From positions 166,658,001-166,722,000 of the forward strand of contig CM059425.1 in assembly GCA_030390025.1 (NCBI GenBank): 64,000 nucleotides of DNA, in the 5' to 3' direction. Position 1 is the first letter of the stretch. Each line of letters opens with the position of its first letter. This stretch comes from Squalus acanthias. Taxonomy: Eukaryota. The translations under genes and the position numbers were made by a program. The notes beneath the pieces are model-generated. The model was not told where the DNA came from. It searched no databases and worked only from the letters and a program-made list of their open reading frames with translations. Shown piece after piece: positions 11,776 to 24,745 of this stretch.

Positions 11776-12808
11776 CAGTAATACTCATTGTCTTGTGTTT
11801 CAGTATTAGTCTAAGTCGGTGTATTTTATAACTCTACCTGACTTTATAAATAAATTCGATTAATTGTTTTAGTCTGTCAAATATCTCATCTATGCATAGA
11901 TTTTTCTATTTATCAGAAGTGAATGTGGGAGTGTAGCACAAGGCTAGATTTAATCGGGGACCAATTTGTATAGTTGTTAAACCTAGAATGCAAAAAGATG
12001 CAGCTTTCACAATATAAGGGATGCAATCCTTTTACAACAGGTATTTGCTAGCCATCGAATGAGAGAACAATGTGAAAGAATTTGCAAAGGATGAATCTGT
12101 AGCCTTGATTTTGTGATATTGTGAATTTTGAGCTTTTCATGCCCATGGCATGGGCACATCCATGCCCTTTGTACAGGGGGACGGGCTGTACTAAATTTTG
12201 CAATAGAAACCCATCCTCTATTCTGAATAGGCTACAGGCACAGGAAAAGCTCATCCATAGACTTTGGCCTGTAACACACTTGGCTGAGGAATCAAAAAAT
12301 CTGGCAAGGTAGCAGTTCTTAAAGGGCTGTAGATAGCCATTAAATGGAAGATATGGCGGTGGACAGAAAAGTTACCGAATTGTTCATCATGGCACAGCAG
12401 AGAAATGCAGGCAACACTGCTCACTTTGATGCTGAGAAGTAGCAGATCCTGCATCAAAGGAGGGTGGCTTTATTTGTAAAGGTACCAGCTACATGTTAAA
12501 GCAGTCAGCTGGATCCCTCTGGATGACTGCAAAGGAGGAAGAAATATGCTGGAATCATGTGGAATCTAAAGGTATCTGTACTTACTGTATATTGGTGGGG
12601 CCCATCAACCATGGCACAACCTTCAATTAGGAACTCCTGCCCCCTCAAGTATTGTACACATATTATTTTATTGTGCCTAAGCTGTATGACTCACTTTTCT
12701 TGAGGTTGGAGCCAAGGATCAGCAAACACAACTTTGAGACATCCAAGCTGAGGAGTTCCTCTGCTATTAGGGGATTTCTCAGTGGGATCAGCAGCCATTA
12801 ATGCAGAG

Positions 12809-13022
12809 ATGCGGAGATGCCGGTGTTGGACTGGGGTGGACAAAAGTGAGAAGTCGCACAACACCAGGTTATAGTCCAACAGTTTTATTTGAAATCACAA
12901 GCTTTCGGAGCGGCTGCTCCTTTGTCAGGTGAAGTGCTTCACCTGACGAAGGAGCAGCCGCTCCGAAAGCTTGTGATTTCAAATAAAACTGTTGGACTAT
13001 AACCTGGTGTTGTGCGACTTCT
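12809..13022. mobile_element. Penelope-like element pLTR remnant forming an inverted duplication (88-bp arms)
   Basis: 13-bp direct repeat CATTAATGCAGAG at 12796-12808 and 13023-13035. Arms 12847-12934 and 12937-13024 differ by one mismatch around a 2-nt loop. Contains a hammerhead motif. Confidence 0.7.
12939..12976 (+). ncRNA. Minimal type-I hammerhead ribozyme-like motif
   Basis: TCAC-CTGACGA-A-GGAGC(AGCC)GCTCC-GAAA-GCT-T-GTGA: stem I, CUGANGA core, stem II, GAAA and a palindromic stem III. Confidence 0.65.
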
Positions 13023-14296
13023 CATTAATGCAGAGGACCACCCTATTTTTCTAAGAGCCATCCAGCCAATGCTGCTTCTCCTTCAAATAATACAGGCACT
13101 GTGGATGGCCAAACAATGAAGACAACGGTCACTTACGCACATCCGAGTTCTTCCAGGCTTCCCTAACGCAAAACTGTCCCCCCACCCACTTCCCGCCTCC
13201 CCTAAATAGCGGGGCCTATCTTTCAGAGGTTATGATGAGAGTTCCAGGAGAGTGTCAAAGCCACTGCTTTAAAATACAGCAAAAGCTATTAAATGTTTTT
13301 TTTAAATGAAGGTACTCGGATGTGTGATATAAGCAAATAGGTATTGGACAGCAGTAGTGTACAGAAAATAAACCACTATGACGTGAGTGACATAATGCAT
13401 TTATACCTTTGATTCTTATGAGCTATGTGGCCCCATAATACTGTATGACTTGTATGCTGTACATAGCAATAGAGCTGCTGATAGTGGCACTTCAGTGAGA
13501 CTCAATGGGCAATTTGCTGATATTATTGCTCAATCTAATCTAAAAGTAGCTTGATGTGGGACAATGGAGCTTGGCATCATTTTCAATTCTACTATGCACC
13601 TGGGAGCTGCAAATTCACTTCTTACACCAGACTGGATGGGGACAGAGCAAAACTCATTGAGTATTGATTTATGAGCTGAATCGCATTTAGAAATGAAGAT
13701 TGTGCAAAAAACTTGACTGTTCCTTGCACACGCGAGGGTCGAATCAGCGACCCCGTCTGAAATGATACTGAGACCACTGCATTCCTACAAGACTCTGCAC
13801 TGCTGGAGTGGGGAGCTTATCTTGCTGGATTCAGTTTGGTCATCTTATGAATATCATTTGAATATGCTCCCATGTGCGTTGGAATGCATGGTTATTAGGG
13901 GGAAGGATATCTAGGGAGCAGCAACTCATAAAAGGCAGCGGCTTCCACGTCTAGTTGGGTTTTTTTGGCTCCGGAAAATCTACCAGGTTAGCAGCGGAAG
14001 GTGGTAAGGGAATGTAGCCAGAACAGCCCCTTTGATGAAGAAAGCTTGGGTGTTCTTTTGGAAGAAGTACAGCTGAGGAGAGTAGCCATATTTGGTGCTG
14101 AGAGGAGCCCTCCTCTGTGTCATAATATATAGCAAGCATGGCAACAGGTGGCTCATTGGCTGGATTTCTCAAGATGCCCTCCCAGAATATGTGGTTCCAT
14201 TCCCACGGTGCACTGAATTAGCCTCAAAGCTTCTTTGACAAGATCCAGCAAGAATATCAGTATAGTGAATGGCTGCTCCACACATTCTTCTGTGCA

Positions 14297-14398
14297 GGAA
14301 AGTGGAGTTGAGGTAGAAGATCAGCCATGATCTTATTGAATGGCGGAGCAGGCTCAAGGGGCCGAATGGCCTACACCTGCTCCTATTTCTTATATTCT
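14297..14398 (+). repeat. CR1 3'-terminal fragment
   Basis: GATCAGCCATGATCTTATTGAATGGCGGAGCAGGCTC...CTATTTCTTAT, shared with other CR1 ends in this window. Confidence 0.8.
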
Positions 14399-17214
14399 AA
14401 CTGGTTAAACAAACAGGGGCTGTAGGAAACATAAAGGGGGTAAAATTAGTCTTTAATGGAAAACAAAATTGGGCTGGGTGTAAATTTCACTGCCAATCCG
14501 CTATTGCCTGTTTTACGCTACGGATGAAGACCAACTTCACCTCCAAAGGGACAAAATACTTTTTCTCTCTCTCAAAGGTATCATTCTGAGAACAAAATAA
14601 CCACTTTTAGACTAAGCCCTCAGATGATTTATTTTAAAATCTTCGCACTGGCTAAAATGTAGTTCAAATATCTGATGGTTTGACCCTCCAACCAGCAGGT
14701 CAGTGTGTTTGATTTGCAGTACTGTACGTCACTCAATGGGCTGCTTGCCTGAATTCTCTTGAGTTTTGTAAATTTTCAGTGAGATTGTGAGTTGAAGTGA
14801 CACATAGCACCAAGATAGTCTTTCTATTTTGGGAGTGGAGTTGGTACAAAGAAACAATAAGAAAAAATTATGTCATGCAGCTTACTCTGAATGAATAGTG
14901 CTGCTGCTGGACAGATGGTAGCAGATTGCTTGTAAAAGAGACTGAAAAGACTGGAAAAGAAATTGAATAAAATCCTGGCAATGTTGCTTCTCACAATTTT
15001 GTTTGCATGAAATGCTTAGTGTAAAATTGATTAAAATGACATTTCTATGTTTTAGATTGTGAACAATGAAAACAAAAATATATCACTTATTTGGAGATGT
15101 TCTAAAACATGGGCAGTAGCTATACAGCTTTATGTAGAACGCACATTATGAGCACCTGTCAGACCCTATACAGATATTGTAATTCCTTATATGGAAGGTT
15201 TATTGATTTTAGGTACCTCTCAAATAGATTGCAACTTAAGAGAAATAATATATATTTTAATCATGATCATATTTCCTAATTTCATTGGCGCTCGCCGCTG
15301 ATCTTGAAGAAAGTTGCCCACAAAGATCTAGCGATCTCTGTGGTGTCAATTTCACACCTCTCAACGTAATTTGAATCTGACGCCAAGTCTAGGGGATCTC
15401 CAGCAACAGTGATGGCATTAAGCTGGGTAAGCAGCCAATCACATTGAAGAATTCTCACAGACAGCAAACCAGGAAGTAAAATGCACTGATTTTCCTTTAC
15501 TTTTTAATCATCTTACAGAGAGTGAAATAAAGATTGGGACACATAAATGGGATTAAGGTAGAAGCTGAAATATCATAAACAAACTTAGAAAAATTATATT
15601 AAAAAACATGGAATTTTTATCATAATTGAAAAAATTGACATTGCACAAATATATAATTCATTTTTCAGGGCCAGAATGGTTCTTCAACAGTAATTATGAC
15701 TCAGTATGTCAGTAAAAACCCAGTTACACCTTATTCAACAAGGCTTAAATTTTTCAGGTTATTTTTAGAGCGATATTCCTGCGTAAAAGGGGAAGTCTCT
15801 GTCAGTTCAGTGATTTCAATTGATTGCCGGCTCCAGGGAGTTCAACAGTGCGCGCTTTGGAGGAGCAGGGAATGATTGAGAGCAACTTCTGGATTTCTGC
15901 CTTTAACTGTGCATATGCGTACTCCAGAAGTTGCTGTCAGATTCACAGTTGTAATGACGGTGAATGCTGACAGCTACGCCATCATTACAACCACAAATTC
16001 TGGGCCAAACATATTGTAATTTTATCACTTCCAGTAGTTCACAGTCATATTCTGGGTTGAATATTGGGAAGAACAATGCAATTCACCATGTTCTGAAGCT
16101 TTTTACTCACAATGCAGGATTGCTAATTTTATTTTAACAGGAACAACTGCCACACACCAGGATTTGGAAGAGACAGTCCTTATAGAAGCAATCATTTTCA
16201 ACGTGTGGGCTTGGACACTGGATGATCATTGGACTCATTTAACAAGTGGCCTTATGTCTGAGCTCAATGATTGAGAGCAGGTTTATTCTTTGTGAGGAAA
16301 GGGCCTAATACTCGAAAGAATTCTTCTGTTTGTACAAAAATGCCTTTGCATTTTTCAAAGCTTAATTTTACCTTCTATTTAATAAAAACAACAAAATAAT
16401 GAAGTACTCAAATGGTTAGCCAGATTTTAGAACAGGCTGAAGAATAAATGCTTTTGGTCAACCAATCTCCTGAGTGTTTGCATCATGAGGACTGTGGAAG
16501 TTTAATTTACCCATGAACTTATTTAATACACCATCTGGAAAGATTTTTTTATCAATTATCATAAATTGACTTTTGCCGTTTGACAACATTTTGCCAGAAA
16601 AGTATTTGTTTATAATTAAAACACAATTCACTTCTTTGAATTCAGATTTTTCTTTTAACAATCAAGCCTATTAAAGAAAGCACCATTTTGAACCTTTGCT
16701 GGCTGCAAAATGCATCACCTTTTTTGATTGGCATTGCTGCCAAATGGATATGCCATCTGAGCTGAGATTGATGGGAACATGACTTTCTATTTGTCAGGAG
16801 GTTTTATGTCTCAACAACCCAATGTGTCTAACGGAGACATTACAACATCCATGGATATCTGCACAGCAGACTGGCACATGTTGAAAATGATTGTTTCTAT
16901 AAGGAAAGTGAATGTAATAGACTGTCTCTTCCAAATCCTGGTGTGCGGTAGTTGTTGCTGTTAAAATAAAATTAGCATACATAAAATGTATGGATATTAT
17001 TGATATCATGTCAGTTTGTGTCACATTTACAGTATAACCTGTTATTATTGCTTTCGATCACTAAATGGATTGGATCAGTCAAGGACAAAAAAAAGACACA
17101 ACAATGCCAACAACTGAGAGTTCCACAGATAGTGTTCATACAATGAGTAACAGTAATGAATTGTTCATACAATTAAGTTCAATATGGACTGTGCTATCTT
17201 CTCAGAAGCATTTG

Positions 17215-17620
17215 ATTAAGTACCGTATAATAGACTTATTAGTAAAATTGAAGCCCATGGGATTAAAGGGGCAGTGGCAGTGTAAATATGAAATTGGTAA
17301 GGGACAGAAAGCTGAGTATAGCAGTGAATGATTGTTTTTCACACTGGAGGGAAATATACAGCAGTGTCTCTCAGGAGTTGGTATTATGACCACTGCTCTT
17401 TCTGATATATATTAATGACCTGGACTTGGGTATACAGGACATCATTTCAAAGTTTGCAAATGACACGAAACTCGGAACTGTAATTAACAGTGAGGAGGAT
17501 AATAATAGACTTCTGGAGGACATAGACAGACTGGTGAAATGGGCAGACACATGGCAGTTTAAATTTAATGCAGGGAACTGTGACGTGAAGTGATGAAATG
17601 AGGAGAGGTAACATAAACTG
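17215..17620 (+). pseudogene. Degenerate CR1 RT fragment
   Basis: Decayed versions of the YINDLD, ISKFA.DTKL and W...WQ..FN motifs. Confidence 0.7.
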
Positions 17621-18439
17621 CTTTAAGCAGATCAATCATTATAAGTAAAGCTTTATCTTCCTTGGGTTCAACTTGATGCAGTTTGTCAGAATTCAGGCTG
17701 TCACCCTCTGAAAAACAACAGTTGTGGTTCACTTAAGCATGCAATCTAAATTCAGTATCCTTTTTAGAAAGCGAGGCAACAAAAGGAATGTATGCCTTGA
17801 CACTCTGAAGCATAGGTTGTGATACAGAAAAACCTAACCGGACAAGTCCTATATTTCACAAAGGTGGAAGTCCTGTATGCTGACCACAATGCAGAATTGA
17901 CTTTACACATTCAGAAGTATATGGCTCCCATCCCTCCATCTCAAATTACATCAAAAAATATAATCACTAAAGGAGGAGATTTATGGACCTGTAACGGGAC
18001 GGCATATTTGGTGCCAGCTCCCAACATTATGGGGCGCTGAGGCCTGAGGCTTTCTTAGCACTTGATGTGCAGTGTATATTATAACACAGCCCAGAAATGC
18101 CCATGGCATTTAGAACCTGCACACCTGTTGAGCGCTAGGCTAATTTAGGCACAAATTATATGACAATCATATATCCTATGATGTGTTTGGTGCACCTGAA
18201 TAGCATCCGAGATGCTCAGTCCCCATATAAAATCAGTACCGCCTCTTCCCTTCAGTTGGGTGCTTCAATTCAATGTGTATTGCTGGTTTTGTGTGCAGCT
18301 GTTTTTCATTTACTGCTTCTGTGCGATATTGCTGACATTGGAGAAAGTTTTGGGATCTTACTAGCAGCTTCTTGAAGCTGCACTGTATCTGTTAACTGTT
18401 TCCCCAGAGAATGGTTATTGTGTGCTGCTTTGGCAGGAG

Positions 18440-19390
18440 CTATGGGTATCCTTATGGGCTTACTTCTCTATTTGTAGATTCTGGAGGAGGAGGAGGAGGA
18501 GGAACATCATAGGAGGTGCATTTTCCATATATACAAGTGCAGACATTCACATTTGGACTTGTCAGATGAAACCTGTATGCCGAGGCAAAGGCTTCTCAAA
18601 GAAGTTGTCACTGAATTTTGTGCATTTTTACAGTCACTTCAGCAACAAGGTCAGTTCTGGCAGTTGCAGCCAAGGAGACCGCAGCCTTGAGCTTTCATGC
18701 AACGCAGTCATTCCAAAAAAGGCAGCAGATTTCTACCAAATAATCTAACCTGCAGTACGCACTTGCATCGTGATGTTAGAGATGTCTTGTTTCTGTGGCC
18801 ATTCAATTAATGGAAAACATGAGAATGTGCTGCACTATAACCATCTGGCTGGATTCCCCAAAGTGCAGAGTGTTATTAATGGTGTACCTGTGGTCATTAG
18901 ACTCCTACACCCAATATAATCCCTTTCGTGAACAGAAAGGGATTCCACTCCATCAATATGGGATGGGTCTATGACCACAAGTGAAAGACGAAAGAAAGAT
19001 TTGCATTTTAATTTACAATAAAATAAATGACCAGATTGTCTGTTTTTTGTTTGAAGGATAAATGTTGGCCAGGACACAGGGACACTGCTCTTCTTTAAAT
19101 CATGTCATGAGATCTTTTATGTCCACCTGAGAAGACAGACAAGGCCTCGCTTTATCATCTCATCTGAAAGACAGCACCTCCGACTCTGCAGCGCTCCCTC
19201 AGTACTGCATGGAAGTGCCAGCCTAGATTATGCGTTTTCTGGCATGGGGCTTGAACCCACAATCTTTTGACACACAGACGAGAGTACTACCACTGAGCCA
19301 AGGCTGATACCTTAAACTTTGCACCTGCTCCCCTGGCAGTTACCATGATTCATTTATTTTATGGCAGTCTACAGCTCCACATTATTTGAG
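18440..19390 (+). pseudogene. Ancient Harbinger transposase relic, split by a SINE
   Basis: Translatable pieces [35 protein letters not shown] and, after the SINE, PGSYHDSFIL. Confidence 0.7.
18990..19307 (-). mobile_element. tRNA-headed SINE (DeuSINE/SacSINE1-like)
   Basis: Minus-strand box A TGGCTCAGTGG and box B GGTTCAAGCC. Body homologous to 26481-26857. Confidence 0.7.
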
Positions 19391-20045
19391 CTCCACATTG
19401 TCCTGAGCGTAACATTGGGAATAATAAATACATCAGCAGTTCTTACTAATTGCTTTAATATGTGAAAGAGCTCTCTGATCTTCAATTTATTTCCCCTAAC
19501 TATGTGTGGTGCTGATGTATTAGATGTATTTTACGTCAGTGTAGGGAGTCTTGCCTGTGCCTTCTTCTTCCTAACTTGGCGCTCCTTTTAAATGCTTCTC
19601 CGAGTGGAAGGAAGAAAGTGAGGTGGTTGGCTGGTGTGTGTTAATGCCTGCTTCTAGAAATGGAGATGGCCCAGTACTTCCGTGTGTTGGGTCTCTCGAT
19701 GACCTTGCATTGACAGGTGCCATAGCTTTTGATGCGTTGGCTGCCTGAAACTGCTTGCTATGTGGCACATCTATACTCATTTGAGTGGGGTGGATAGGTA
19801 TTACAGATCAGGCTCACCCTGAGCATACTCCATCATCCATGCCAACCTCAGCCAATCCCATTCTGATGGGCACTACCTTAGTGTCATGGTTAAGGATTTA
19901 GGGATTGAGTTATGTTTAATGGCCATGTTTTAAAAGAAACTAAATTTGCACAGATTTAAAAAGAAAGGCTGCATGGCATTGAAGAATGTGTATTAAAGCC
20001 AGACGAGCCAGTTTGTTGTGGGGGGGTGGGGGGTCACAACTCACA

Positions 20046-20212
20046 GGGTTTACACTTTTGGCAATGACAGAAACTGGGTGGTAGCGAAGCGCCCACCCGT
20101 TATACAGTCCACACAATTTTCCTTCACATTTGGAAAATTCGGCTGGGTGTATAATGGGCAGCTGATCTGCTACCACCCGTTTTCCGCTGCTGCAGAAAGT
20201 GAAAATCTACCC
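20046..20212. mobile_element. Short palindromic MITE
   Basis: Imperfect fold-back along its whole length; similar to 36878-37048. Confidence 0.55.
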
Positions 20213-20436
20213 TAGTCTATTTCAAACTTATACAACTAGAAACTATTTTATGATCACAGGCCCATTAGCCAGGAAGACTGCTCACATCTCCTTGCCCCCT
20301 TCCAATAACACATCCTTCTGCATTTGGCCCTGGAACAAAATTCTCCCCAAGTCACTTAAAACAGCACATTCATCTCGTTGCAAGTGGCCAATGAATAGTC
20401 ACACCTCTTGCAGTGAGGACAATTCTATTCAATTCA

Positions 20437-21953
20437 ACAATTATAGACCAGCTAGCCTAACATCTGTGGTGGGTAAAATTTTGGAGTCTATTATTAAGGA
20501 GACAGTAACGGAACATTTAGATAAACATAATTTAATAGGACAAAGTCAGCATGGCTTTATGAAGGGGAAGTCATGTCTGACAAATTTGCTTGAGTTCTTT
20601 GAGGACATAACGTACAGGGTGGATAAAGGGGAACCAATGGACATAGTGTATTTGGACTTCCAGAAGGCATTCGACAAGGTGCCACATAAAAGATTATTGC
20701 TCAAGATAAAAAATCACTGGATTGGGGGGAATATTCTGGCATGGGTGGAGGATTGGTTATCTAACAGGAAGCAGAGAGTTGGGATAAATGGTTCATTCTC
20801 GGACTGGCAACCAGTAGCCAGTGGTGTTCCGCAAGGGTCGGTGCTGGGTCCCCAACTCTTTACAATCTATATTAACGATTTGGAGGAGGGAACCGAGTGT
20901 AACATATCAAAGTTTGCAGATGATACAAAGATGGGAGGGAAAGTAGAAAGTGAGGAGGACATAAAAAACCTACAAGGGGATATAGACAGGCTGGGTGAGT
21001 GGGCGGAGATTTGGCAGATGCTATACAATATTGGAAAATGTGAGGTTATGCACTTTGGCAGGAAAAATCAGAGAGCAAGTTATTATCTTAATGGCGAGAA
21101 ACTGGAAAGTACTGCAGTACAAAGGGATCTGGGGGTCCTAGTGCAAGAAAATCAAAAAGTTAGTATGCAGGTGCAGCAGGTGATCAAGAAGGCCAACGGA
21201 ATGTTGGCTTTTATTGCTAGGGGGATAGATTATAAAAACAGGGAGGTATTGCTGCAGTTATATAAGGTATTGGTGAGACCGCACCTGGAATACTGCATTC
21301 AGTTTTGGTGTCCATACTTAAGAAAAGACATACTTGCTCTCGAGGCAGTACAAAGAAGGTTCACTCGGTTAATCCCGGGGATGAGGGGGTGGACATATGA
21401 GGAGAGGTTGAGTAGATTGGGACTCTACTCATTGGAGTTCAGAAGAATGAGAGGCGATCTTATTGAAACATATAAGATTGTGAAGGGGCTTGATCGGGTG
21501 GATGCGGTAAGGATGTTCCCAAGGATGGGTGAAACTAGAACTAGGGGGCATAATCTTAAAATAAGGGGCTGCTCTTTCAAAACTGAGATGAGGAGAAACT
21601 TCTTCACTCAGAGGGTAGTAGGTCTGTGGAATTTGCTGCCCCAGGAAGCTGTGGAAGCTACATCATTAAATAAATTTAAAACAAAAATAGACAGTTTCCT
21701 AGAAGTAAAGGGAATTAGGGGTTACGGTGAGCGGGCAGGAAATTGGACATGAGGCTGAGTTCGGATCGGTCGAGGCCCTGTGGGTGGCGTAGCGGGCCCA
21801 GGGGCTGAGTGGCCAGGTCCTGCTCCTACTTCTTGTGTTCTTTAGATTTGAGGTGAGGATCAGATCAGCCATGATCTTATTGAATGGCGGAGCAGGCTCG
21901 AAGGGCCGATTGGCCTACTCCTGCTCCTATTTCTTATGTTCTTATGTTCTTAT
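20437..21953 (+). mobile_element. Young 5'-truncated CR1 LINE with an uninterrupted RT reading frame (stop at 21752)
   Basis: [37 protein letters not shown] and SKFADDTK motifs; (TTCTTATG)n tail. Confidence 0.95.
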
Positions 21954-22203
21954 TCATATGGCCACAGTCTGAGGTGTCTAACTCTTTTATATAAATTGCC
22001 AATTAGGATGACAATTGTCATCAATGAGTTAACAAGTGCCCACCTTTTTAAAAGGGCACAACCAATAAACTGTAACAGCCTGAGGTGTCTATGGAGAATA
22101 TAATCCTGGGGAATTTGGTTCAGTTGATGAGCCTGTTGGCAAATCCCTGCATGGAAAGGACACTGCTCCTCCAATTCCTGGGGTCAGAATTAACAGAAAA
22201 GAA

Positions 22204-23596
22204 GGGAAAACCCATATTTAGGATACAGCTTTTGAACAAAGGACTGCGAGACACAGCTCTTGGCCCAGAGCTGGAAGCAAAACATGCAGGAGGTCAGGTT
22301 TTGCAATTAGAAGTTGTGCAGAGAGGAAGGTTTGCCAAAAACCATGTACGTCAGCCCCTGGAAGGGACAAGCCATGTGATTTATTATTTTTTCCCCACTT
22401 TTTGAGTAAAGTAAGTGGAACCTGCTTTGACTCTGTATGTTCATTTCTGTCTGTGAAATAAAACAGCTCAACAATTCATATTTGGCCTCAACTTACCAAG
22501 TGTTTCTCAATCCGCCTTTGAAGAGATTAGAGAAGCACATGTAAGGATAGGTGCAAGAGACACAATGAGGGGAATTACAAGCCCCAAAAAACAGGTGGGT
22601 TTGGGTTGGGTGGGATGTAAAATTTTTAAAAATCTCAAACCTGAACCCAACCCACCTCAAATCCGCCCACATCCGGTTTTAACGGAGGGGGGACAGGGCT
22701 GGGCAGCCAACCCGCTCTCAGGAGGCGGATTGCTCATTTAAATATTTTAATGCGGCTGTGTGCCTCACATTTTAGGTCCATTTTAAATTTAAACCTGGTC
22801 AGACAGCAGCTAATCGGAGGCGTGGAGTGCTGCGTGGAAGAGGTAAGTGCATTTCCAGCACTGCTTGTGGGCCAAGGGGAACAGGAGTGTTTCCTCCGAG
22901 CCCCACAAGCTAAACTGCTTCCCCCACCGTGATCGGACCTCCGCCCATTGGACCTTCCCCCACGATTGGACCTCCCCCCACGATTGGACCTCACCCTTGC
23001 GCGATTGAACCTTCCCCACCCCACGATCGAACCTCCCCCACCGTGATCGGACCCCCCCACGATATCACCGACCTCCTCCCCTACGATCACTCACCCACTC
23101 CCCCACAATCACCGACCCCCTCAACCCCCCATCTCTGCCCCCGATCTCTCTCTGACCCCCCGCGATCACCCCCGTCCTCTAAACCCCTCTGTCTCCATCC
23201 CCCCCCTCCTGCGCTGCGGCCTCTGCTGCAGCATTCCCCGCCTGACAGGGAGCCAAGCCTGTCAATCAGGCTGCCTTCTGAGTGGGGATCCTGTTAAAAC
23301 TCCACAGCATTCAGGGAAACCCAGACTTTACCAGAGCTCCTCCCCCCAGTTTGCAAATCCTGCCCCAGAGTCAAAGCAGGTTCCACTTACTTTACTCAAA
23401 AAGTGGGAAAAAATAATAAACCACGTGGCTTGTCCCTTCCAGGGGCTGACGTACATGGTTTTTGGCAAACCTTCCTCTCTGAATAACTTCTAATTGCAAA
23501 ACTTGACCTCCTGCATGTTTTGCTTCCAGCTCTGGGCCAAGAGCTGTGTCTCGCAGTCCTTTGTTCAAAAGCTGTATCCTAAATATGGGTTTTCCC
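22204..23596. repeat. About 230-bp inverted duplication (22204-22435 / 23366-23596)
   Basis: Direct reverse-complement match; the ORF track shows the same peptide GKPIFRIQLLNKGLRDTALG... on both strands. Confidence 0.9.
22568..23366. mobile_element. Degenerate MITE-like element with an internal C-rich minisatellite
   Basis: GC-rich, degenerate GGGGAATT.../...AAATCCTGCCCC ends, repeated CGATCGGACC/CGATTGGACC units. Confidence 0.45.
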
Positions 23597-24745
23597 AATA
23601 TCAGGGATACGCTATCATTTAGTTAAATATTGGATAGTATATACATTGCCCTAATTGTAAGATACACAGACCACTTACAGGAGTGACCAGCAATAATTAA
23701 ACTATTTAAAAAAAATATGGGTTTCCCTAAATCAAAAACACTTTTGCCGCAAAGCAGTAGTTTGTCTCTCTCGCACAATAAATCTATCGACAGCAGAATA
23801 GAACCAAGTGCCATACTTTTTTCATCGGCTCAAGTAAACAACTGAATTATATTCATCTGGAATTTCCGTAAAGGTTCTCCACCGGGAGATTGGTGGGACC
23901 CCTAAAAAAACAGGTAGAAACAGCTTGAACCTGACTTTCCTGGCCTAAAAAAAACATTGCCAATACCGTTCCAGCACCGCAAGTGTGCTGGAAATGGTGA
24001 GGAAATTCACTCCCATTGCATTTCCCAGACGTGTAGCTGAGCCATTCAGAATGAAAAGCACTGGAGGCACACACACACTGCACAGCAGTTTAACTATTGG
24101 CTGTGCAGCACTTTTGCAGGCGCATTGAAATTTGCTCATCAGTTGTGCATGTCTTCGAATGAATCTAATCTTACAGATATCATTCTCACTGTGTGGTCCT
24201 CGTTGCTTAATGAAGACACATGTAGACAGAAAAAAATTAACATGTCTCCATTGCAAAACACTGGAAGAACTGGCAAGAAGGGACAACATGGGAGTTGGCA
24301 TTATGCAGGCAAGGCACAGCACAATTCCCATATTTCAAAGCAAATTGCGGAGAAGACAGATGGATTGGTTTAGATATGGGCAGCCTTTAGATGGAGAATA
24401 GAAGGACAAAAGGGAATTCCATATGCTGTCTACTCTTTATGGTCCAAAAATAAATGAAAAATTAAGCTGTGCTAGGCATGGTTATTCACATCTCCAATGT
24501 GCCAGGGCATATTCACTCTATCCAGCTTCATAATCTATGTACACCATTGGAGAAGAATGTCATTTTCTTGAAAACTAATTTCTTGACATGCAACCACACC
24601 AGTCGATGTTCAGGTATCAGTAATATTAGGAAAGATTTTGTCTCAGATGCCTTTATAAGAACATAAATAATGGCACCATTGTTTATATCTGCCATAATTT
24701 CTCGATAAAGGTGCTTTATTTCCATTCCTTTGAAGTCTGCTGTTC

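Noticed and set aside
13540..13920. Possible further Harbinger transposase relic (WLLG..GY-like sequence near 13889)
   Set aside because: Too degenerate to support without an alignment.
15282..16006. Possible non-autonomous DNA element ending AAATTCTGGGCC
   Set aside because: The left terminus and TSD could not be identified.
20199..20436. N-terminal extension of the 517-aa RT ORF
   Set aside because: It is chance open flanking sequence upstream of the CR1 5' truncation point.
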